Of a stretch of 34,727 nt of DNA, positions 26,847-34,727 are shown in pieces. Both the position numbers and the translations under genes were made by a program. Position 1 is the stretch's first letter, and each line of letters begins with the position of its first letter. The stretch comes from Utricularia gibba (Eukaryota > Plantae > Magnoliophyta). The DNA lies in assembly GCA_002189035.1 (NCBI GenBank), contig NEEC01000492.1:1-34727 (forward strand), read 5' to 3'. A model generated the notes under the pieces. The model was given only the letters and a program-made list of their open reading frames with translations. It searched no databases and had not been told where the DNA came from.

Positions 26847-29800
26847 AAAGGAGTCAGACCGAACCTTGGGTCAGAACGAAGTTCACAACGACATCACCGC
26901 CCAAAACGACAAGCTTTTCCTTGAGAAACCATGTAGGCAGCCAATTAAAACCCAACGTTAAGAAATGCATCAAGTTTTTTGCCGAGCCACAAATGACTAT
27001 GGGCCCGAGCTCGACTCGACCTCCTTCTCGATACCGTTGCCCACGAGAGCGCCTCCTCAGATATAAAGCATGCGGTTGAGAAAACCATTTTGGGTGCTCA
27101 TGACATCCTAACTTCAATAAGTGCAGCACGATTTTCGTCGAGTAGGACCCGATGTGGCAAAGGAACCTTGGGTCAGAACGAAGTTCACAACGACATCACC
27201 CGCCAAAAACGACAAGCTTTTCCTTGAGAAACCATGTAGGCAGCCAATTAAAACCCAACGTTAAGAAATGCATCAAGTTTTTTGCCGAGCTACAAATGAC
27301 TATGGGCCCGAGCTCGACTCGACCTCCTTCTCGATACCGTTGCCCCACGAGAGCGCCTCCTCAGATATAAAGCATGCGGTTGAGAAAACCATTTTGGGTG
27401 CTTATGACATCCTAACTTCAATAAGTGCATCACGATTTTCGTCGAGTAGGACCCGATGTGGCAAAGGAGTCAGACGAACCTTGGGTCAGAACGAAGTTCA
27501 CAACGACATCACCCGCCCAAAAACGACAAGCTTTTCCTTGAGAAACCATGTAGGCAGCCAATTAAAACCCAACGTTAAGAAATGCATCAAGTTTTTTGCC
27601 GAGCCACAAATGACTATGGGCCCGAGCTCGACTCGACCTCCTTCTCGATACCGTTGCCCACGAGAGCGCCTCCTCAGATATAAAGCATGCGGTTGAGAAA
27701 ATTTTGGGTGCTCATGACATCCTAACTTCAATAAGTGCATCACGATTTTCGTCGAGTAGGACCCGATGTGGCAAAGGAACCTTGGGTCAGAACGAAGTTC
27801 ACAACGACATCACCCGCCCAAAAACGACAAGCTTTTCCTTGAGAAACCATGTAGGCAGCCAATTAAAACCCAACGTTAAGAAATGCATCAAGTTTTTTGC
27901 CGAGCTACAAATGACTATGGGCCCGAGCTCGACTCGACCTCCTTCTCGATACCGTTGCCCCACGAGAGCGCCTCCTCAGATATAAAGCATGCGGTTGAGA
28001 AAACCATTTGGGTGCTTATGACATCCTAACTTCAATAAGTGCATCACGATTTTCGTCGAGTAGGACCCGATGTGGCAAAGGAGTCACCGAACCTTGGGTC
28101 AGAACGAAGTTCACAACGACATCACCCGCCCAAAAACGACAAGCTTTTCCTTGAGAAACCATGTAGGCAGCCAATTAAAACCCAACGTTAAGAAATGCAT
28201 CAAGTTTTTTGCCGAGCTACAAATGACTATGGGCCCGAGCTCGACTCGACCTCCTTCTCGATACCGTTGCCCCGAGAGCGCCTCCTCAGATATAAAGCAT
28301 GCGGTTGAGAAAACCATTTTGGGTGCTCATGACATCCTAACTTCAATAAGTGCATCACGATTTTCGTCGAGTAGGACCCGATGTGGCAAAGGAGTCAGAC
28401 CGAACCTTGGGTCAGAACGAAGTTCACAACGACATCACCCCCAAAAACGACAAGCTTTTCCTTGAGAAACCATGTAGGCAGCCAATTAAAACCCAACGTT
28501 AAGAAATGCATCAAGTTTTTTGCCGAGCCACAAATGACTATGGGCCCGAGCTCGACTCGACCTCCTTCTCGATACCGTTGCCCCACGAGAGCGCCTCCTC
28601 AGATATAAAGCATGCGGTTGAGAAAACCATTTTGGGTGCTCATGACATCCTAACTTCAATAAGTGCAGCACGATTTTCGTCGAGTAGGACCCGATGTGGC
28701 AAAGGAACCTTGGGTCAGAACGAAGTTCACAACGACATCACCCGCCCAAAAACGACAAGCTTTTCCTTGAGAAACCATGTAGGCAGCCAATTAAAACCCA
28801 ACGTTAAGAAATGCATCAAGTTTTTTGCCGAGCCACAAATGACTATGGGCCCGAGCTCGACTCGACCTCCTTCTCGATACCGTTGCCCACGAGAGCGCCC
28901 TCAGATATAAAGCATGCGGTTGAGAAAACCATTTTGGGTGCTCATGACATCCTAACTTCAATAAGTGCAGCACGATTTTCGTCGAGTAGGACCCGATGTG
29001 GCAAAGGAGTCAGACCGAACCTTGGGTCAGAACGAAGTTCACAACGACATCACCCGCCCAAAAACGACAAGCTTTTCCTTGAGAAACCATGTAGGCAGCC
29101 AATTAAAACCCAACGTTAAGAAATGCATCAAGTTTTTTGCCGAGCCACAAATGACTATGGGCCCGAGCTCGACTCGACCTCCTTCTCGATACCGTTGCCC
29201 CACGAGAGCGCCTCCTCAGATATAAAGCATGCGGTTGAGAAAACCATTTTGGGTGCTCATGACATCCTAACTTCAATAAGTGCAGCACGATTTTCGTCGA
29301 GTAGGACCCGATGTGGCAAAGGACCCTTGGGTCAGAACGAAGTTCACAACACACACCCCGCCCAAAAACGACAAGCTTTTCCTTGAGAAACCATGTAGGC
29401 AGCCAATTAAAACCCAACGTTAAGAAATGCATCAAGTTTTTTGCCGAGCACAAATGACTATGGGCCCGAGCTCGACTCGACCTCCTTCTCGATACCGTTG
29501 CCCCACGAGAGCGCCTCCTCAGATATAAAGCATGCGGTTGAGAAAACCATTTTGGGTGCTCATGACATCCTAACTTCAATAAGTGCAGCACGATTTTCGT
29601 CGAGTAGGACCCGATGTGGCAAAGGAGTCAGACCGAACCTTGGGTCAGAACGAAGTTCACAACGACATCACCCGCCAAAAACGACAAGCTTTTCCTTGAG
29701 AAACCATGTAGGCAGCCAATTAAAACCCAACGTTAAGAAATGCATCAAGTTTTTTGCCGAGCCACAAATGACTATGGGCCCGAGCTCGACTCGACCTCCT

Positions 29801-32800
29801 TCTCGATACCGTTGCCCCACGAGAGCGCCTCCTCAGATATAAAGCATGCGGTTGAGAAAACATTTTGGGTGCTCATGACATCCTAACTTCAATAAGTGCA
29901 GCACGATTTTCGTCGAGTAGGACCCGATGTGGCAAAGGAGTCACCTTGGGTCAGAACGAAGTTCACAACGACATCACCAGCCCAAAAACGACAAGCTTTT
30001 CCTTGAGAAACCATGTAGGCAGCCAATTAAAACCCAACGTTAAGAAATGCATCAAGTTTTTTGCCGAGCCACAAATGACTATGGGCCCGAGCTCGACTCG
30101 ACCTCCTTCTCGATACCGTTGCCCACGAGAGCGCCTCCTCAGATATAAAGCATGCGGTTGAGAAAACCATTTTGGGTGCTCATGACATCCTAACTTCAAT
30201 AAGTGCAGCACGATTTTCGTCGAGTAGGACCCGATGTGGCAAAGGAACCTTGGGTCAGAACGAAGTTCACAACGACATCACCCGCCAAAAAAAACGACAA
30301 GCTTTTCCTTGAGAAACCATGTAGGCAGCCAATTAAAACCCAACGTTAAGAAATGCATCAAGTTTTTTGCCGAGCCACAAATGACTATGGGCCCGAGCTC
30401 GACTCGACCTCCTTCTCGATACCGTTGCCCCCCACGAGAGCGCCTCCTCAGATATAAAGCATGCGGTTGAGAAAACCATTTTGGGTGCTCATGACATCCT
30501 AACTTCAATAAGTGCAGCACGATTTTCGTCGAGTAGGACCCGATGTGGCAAAGGAACCTTGGGTCAGAACGAAGTTCACAACGACATCACCCGCCCAAAA
30601 ACGACAAGCTTTTCCTTGAGAAACCATGTAGGCAGCCAATTAAAACCCAACGTTAAGAAATGCATCAAGTTTTTTGCCGAGCCACAAATGACTATGGGCC
30701 CGAGCTCGACTCGACCTCCTTCTCGATACCGTTGCCCCCACGAGAGCGCCTCCTCAGATATAAAGCATGCGGTTGAGAAAACCATTTTGGGTGCTCATGA
30801 CATCCTAACTTCAATAAGTGCAGCACGATTTCGTCGAGTAGGACCCGATGTGGCAAAGGAACCTTGGGTCAGAACGAAGTTCACAACGACATCACCCGCC
30901 AAAAACGACAAGCTTTTCCTTGAGAAACCATGTAGGCAGCCAATTAAAACCCAACGTTAAGAAATGCATCAAGTTTTTGCCGAGAACAAATGACTATGGG
31001 CCCGAGCTCGACTCGACTCCTTCTCGATACCGTTGCCCACGAGAGCGCCTCCTCAGATATAAAGCATGCGGTTGAGAAAACCATTTTGGGTGCTCATGAC
31101 ATCCTAACTTCAATAAGTGCAGCACGATTTTCGTCGAGTAGGACCCGATGTGGCAAAGGAGTCAGACCGAACCTTGGGTCAGAACGAAGTTCACAACGAC
31201 ATCACCCCCAAAAACGACAAGCTTTTCCTTGAGAAACCATGTAGGCAGCCAATTAAAACCCAACGTTAAGAAATGCATCAAGTTTTTTGCCGAGCTACAA
31301 AATGACTATGGGCCCGAGCTCGACTCGACCTCCTTCTCGATACCGTTGCCCACGAGAGCGCCTCCTCAGATATAAAGCATGCGGTTGAGAAAACCATTTT
31401 GGGTGCTCATGACATCCTAACTTCAATAAGTGCAGCACGATTTTCGTCGAGTAGGACCCGATGTGGCAAAGGAACCTTGGGTCAGAACGAAGTTCACAAC
31501 GACATCACCCGCCCAAAAACGACAAGCTTTTCCTTGAGAAACCATGTAGGCAGCCATTAAAACCCAACGTTAAGAAATGCATCAAGTTTTTTGCCGAGCC
31601 ACAAATGACTATGGGCCCGAGCTCGACTCGACCTCCTTCTCGATACCGTTGCCCCACGAGAGCGCCTCCTCAGATATAAAGCATGCGGTTGAGAAAACCA
31701 TTTTGGGTGCTCATGACATCCTAACTTCAATAAGTGCAGCACGATTTTCGTCGAGTAGGACCCGATGTGGCAAAGGAACCTTGGGTCAGAACGAAGTTCA
31801 CAACGACATCACCCGCCCAAAACGACAAGCTTTTCCTTGAGAAACCATGTAGGCAGCCAATTAAAACCCAACGTTAAGAAATGCATCAAGTTTTTTGCCG
31901 AGCTACAAATGACTATGGGCCCGAGCTCGACTCCTTCTCGATACCGTTGCCCCACGAGAGCGCCTCCTCAGATATAAAGCATGCGGTTGAGAAAACCATT
32001 TTGGGTGCTTATGACATCCTAACTTCAATAAGTGCAGCACGATTTTCGTCGAGTAGGACCCGATGTGGCAAAGGAGTCAAACCTTGGGTCAGAACGAAGT
32101 TCACAACGACATCACCCGCCCAAAAACGACAAGCTTTTCCTTGAGAAACCATGTAGGCAGCCAATTAAAACCCAACGTTAAGAAATGCATCAAGTTTTTT
32201 GCCGAGCTACAAATGACTATGGGCCCGAGCTCGACTCGACCTCCTTCTCGATACCGTTGCCCCACGAGAGCGCCTCCTCAGATATAAAGCATGCGGTTGA
32301 GAAAACCATTTTGGGTGCTCATGACATCCTAACTTCAATAAGTGCATCACGATTTTCGTCGAGTAGGACCCGATGTGGCAAAGGAGTCAGACCCTTGGGT
32401 CAGAACGAAGTTCACAACGACATCACCCGCCCAAAAAACGACAAGCTTTTCCTTGAGAAACCATGTAGGCAGCCAATTAAAACCCAACGTTAAGAAATGC
32501 ATCAAGTTTTTTGCCGAGCCACAAATGACTATGGGCCCGAGCTCGACTCGACCTCCTTCTCGATACCGTTGCCCCACGAGAGCGCCTCCTCAGATATAAA
32601 GCATGCGGTTGAGAAAACCATTTTGGGTGCTCATGACATCCTAACTTCAATAAGTGCAGCACGATTTTCGTCGAGTAGGACCCGATGTGGCAAAAGGAAC
32701 CTTGGGTCAGAAAAGTTCACAACGACATCACCCGCCCAAAAACGACAAGCTTTTCCTTGAGAAACCATGTAGGCAGCCAATTAAAACCCAACGTTAAGAA

Positions 32801-33300
32801 ATGCATCAAGTTTTTTGCCGAGCTACAAATGACTATGGGCCCGAGCTCGACTCGACCTCCTTCTCGATACCGTTGCCCCACGAGAGCGCCTCCTCAGATA
32901 TAAAGCATGCGGTTGAGAAAACCATTTTGGGTGCTGACATCCTAACTTCAATAAGTGCAGCACGATTTTCGTCGAGTAGGACCCGATGTGGCAAAGGAAC
33001 CTTGGGTCAGAACGAAAGTTCACAACGACATCACCCGCCAAAAAACGACAAGCTTTTCCTTGAGAAACCATGTAGGCAGCCAATTAAAACCCAACGTTAA
33101 GAAATGCATCAAGTTTTTTTGCCGAGCTACAAATGACTATGGGCCCGAGCTCGACTCGACCTCCTTCTCGATACCGTTGCCCCACGAGAGCGCCTCCTCA
33201 GATATAAAGCATGCGGTTGAGAAAACCATTTTGGGTGCTCATGACATCCTAACTTCAATAAGTGCAGCACGATTTTCGTCGAGTAGGACCCGATGTGGGC

Positions 33301-33615
33301 AAAGGAGTCAGACCGAACCTTGGGTCAGAACGAAGTTCACAACGACATCACCCGCCCAAAAACGACAAGCTTTTCCTTGAGAAACCATGTAGGCAGCCAA
33401 TTAAAACCCAACGTTAAGAAATGCATCAAGTTTTTTGCCGAGCCACAAATGACTATGGGCCCGAGCTCGACTCGACCTCCTTCTCGATACCGTTGCCCCA
33501 CGAGAGCGCCTCCTCAGATATAAAGCATGCGGTTGAGAAAACCATTTTGGGTGCTTATGACATCCTAACTTCAATAAGTGCATCACGATTTTCGTCGAGT
33601 AGGACCCGATGTGGC
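33301..33615 (+). repeat. Representative full-length (L) monomer, 315 bp
   Basis: AAAGGAGTCA starts at 33301 and the next copy at 33616. Hand count for this unit: 152/315 G+C (~48%) and 19 CpG. It contains single HindIII, AclI, NsiI, ApaI, SacI and SphI sites. Confidence 0.95.
33377..33599 (+). repeat. Internal diverged ~157-bp sub-repeat (the two halves of the monomer are homologous)
   Basis: 33377-33442 (TTGAGAAACCATGTAGGCAGCCAATTAAAACCCAACGTTAAGAAATGCATCAAGTTTTTTGCCGAG) aligns with 33533-33599 (TTGAGAAAACCATTTTGGGTGCTTATGACATCCTAACTTCAATAAGTGCATCACGATTTTCGTCGAG). The match is 12/12 with one gap, then 36/54 ungapped, at an offset of 156-157 bp. Confidence 0.85.
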
Positions 33616-34727
33616 AAAGGAGTCAGACCGAACCTTGGGTCAGAACGAAGTTCACAACGACATCACCCGCCCCAAAAACGACAAGCTTTTCCTTGAGAAA
33701 CCATGTAGGCAGCCAATTAAAACCCAACGTTAAGAAATGCATCAAGTTTTTTGCCGAGCCACAAATGACTATGGGCCCCGAGCTCGACTCGACCTCCTTC
33801 TCGATACCGTTGCCCCACGAGAGCGCCTCCTCAGATATAAAGCATGCGGTTGAGAAAACCATTTTGGGTGCTCATGACATCCTAACTTCAATAAGTGCAG
33901 CACGATTTTCGTCGAGTAGGACCCGATGTGGCAAAGGAGTCAGACCGAACCTTGGGTCAGAACGAAGTTCACAACGACATCACCCGCCCAAAAACGACAA
34001 GCTTTTCCTTGAGAAACCATGTAGGCAGCCAATTAAAACCCAACGTTAAGAAATGCATCAAGTTTTTTGCCGAGCTACAAATGACTATGGGCCCGAGCTC
34101 GACTCGACCTCCTTCTCGATACCGTTGCCCCACGAGAGCGCCTCCTCAGATATAAAGCATGCGGTTGAGAAAACCATTTTGGGTGCTTATGACATCCTAA
34201 CTTCAATAAGTGCAGACGATTTTCGTCGAGTAGGACCCGATGTGGCAAAGGAACCTTGGGTCAGAACGAAGTTCACAACGACATCACCCGCCCAAAAACG
34301 ACAAGCTTTTCCTTGAGAAACCATGTAGGCAGCCAATTAAAACCCAACGTTAAGAAATGCATCAAGTTTTTGCCGAGCCACAAATGACTATGGGCCCGAG
34401 CTCGACTCGACCTCCTTCTCGATACCGTTGCCCACGAGAGCGCCTCCTCAGATATAAAGCATGCGGTTGAGAAAACCATTTTGGGTGCTCATGACATCCT
34501 AACTTCAATAAGTGCAGCACGATTTTCGTCGAGTAGGACCCGATGTGGCAAAGGAACCTTTGGGTCAGAACGAAGTTCACAACGACATCACCCGCCCAAA
34601 AAACAAGCTTTTCCTTGAGAAACCATGTAGGCAGCCAATTAAAACCCAACGTTAAGAAATGCATCAAGTTTTTTTGCCGAGCCACAAATGACTATGGGCC
34701 GAGCTCGACTCGACCTCCTTCTCGATA

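Larger units (their letters stand above)
1..34727. repeat. Tandem satellite-like array, ~113-114 head-to-tail copies of a 315/305-bp monomer, extending beyond both window edges
   Basis: The same motif series (AAAGGAGTCAGACCGAACCTTGGGTCAGAACG...AAGCTTTTCCTTGAGAAACCATG...GGGCCCGAGCTCGACTCGAC...GCATGCGGTTGAGAAAACC...CGTCGAGTAGGACCCGATGTGGC) recurs every ~300-315 bp from base 1 to the end, with no inversion or unique insert. The last partial unit starts at ~34550. Confidence 0.99.

Noticed and set aside
33358-33450. Phased A/T tracts implying intrinsic DNA curvature
   Set aside because: A few tracts are 11-12 bp apart, but the spacing then drifts (about 15-21 bp), so there is no sustained helical phasing.
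33457-33476. Polylinker or synthetic construct (adjacent ApaI and SacI sites in GGGCCCGAGCTCG, plus HindIII, NsiI, SphI and AclI)
   Set aside because: Six or seven 6-bp palindromes in 315 bp is close to the ~5 expected by chance. The sites are scattered rather than in a vector order, and the diverged internal dimer indicates natural evolution.
33490-33525. Hammerhead ribozyme, from a CTGAGGA (CUGANGA-like) motif on the minus strand
   Set aside because: It is not followed by a stem II closing onto GAAA (downstream reads GGCGCTCTCGTGGGGCAACGGTATCGAGAAGG), and the plus strand has no CTGA. This was checked by eye only; an Infernal search would be definitive.
33403-33570. Telomeric repeats (TAAAACCC, CCTAA)
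   Set aside because: These are single isolated degenerate copies per unit, not tandem runs.
33301-33615. 5S rDNA or another RNA-gene tandem unit of similar length
   Set aside because: I see no ~120-nt match to the conserved 5S sequence and no tRNA cloverleaf on either strand.
33301-33615. CENP-B box (TTCGNNNNANNCGGG)
   Set aside because: None of the TTCG or CCCG occurrences fits the spacing on either strand.
75-34685. About 250 ORFs of 60-257 aa in the supplied track as protein-coding genes
   Set aside because: All are permutations of the same few peptide blocks from the repeat, joined or broken by indels. The longest (3055-3828, 8223-8984) exist only because indels skip the stops. No domain is recognisable.
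1-34727. CRISPR array
   Set aside because: There are no unique spacers: the entire 315 bp repeats. No cas genes or leader are present.
1-34727. Assignment to a named satellite (e.g. grass CentO/CentC or other ~310-315-bp plant satellites)
   Set aside because: Only length and vague short motif resemblance (AAAACCATTTTGGGTGC) suggest it. That is not enough without an alignment.

Overview
The whole 34,727-bp window is one uninterrupted head-to-tail tandem array of about 113-114 copies (hand count) of a 315-bp, ~48% GC monomer. All copies are in the same orientation, and the array runs off both ends. I found no unique sequence and no supportable gene, RNA gene, CRISPR array or mobile element. 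The ORF track is just the same repeat read in different frames and reshuffled by indels. The array has internal structure. (1) The 315-bp unit is itself an old, diverged dimer of ~157/158-bp halves. (2) A derived 305-bp variant lacks a 10-bp block. (3) Several biallelic sites are linked, and their frequencies change from left to right. (4) Short stretches show trimer or dimer periodicity. Homopolymer indels, dropouts and gaps at the polymorphic columns point to noisy long-read data or an unresolved consensus, so the exact unit order is provisional. Best interpretation (inference): a eukaryotic-type satellite DNA array with a nucleosome-scale subunit. I cannot assign an organism or a named satellite family, and I see no evidence of a new protein-coding system.
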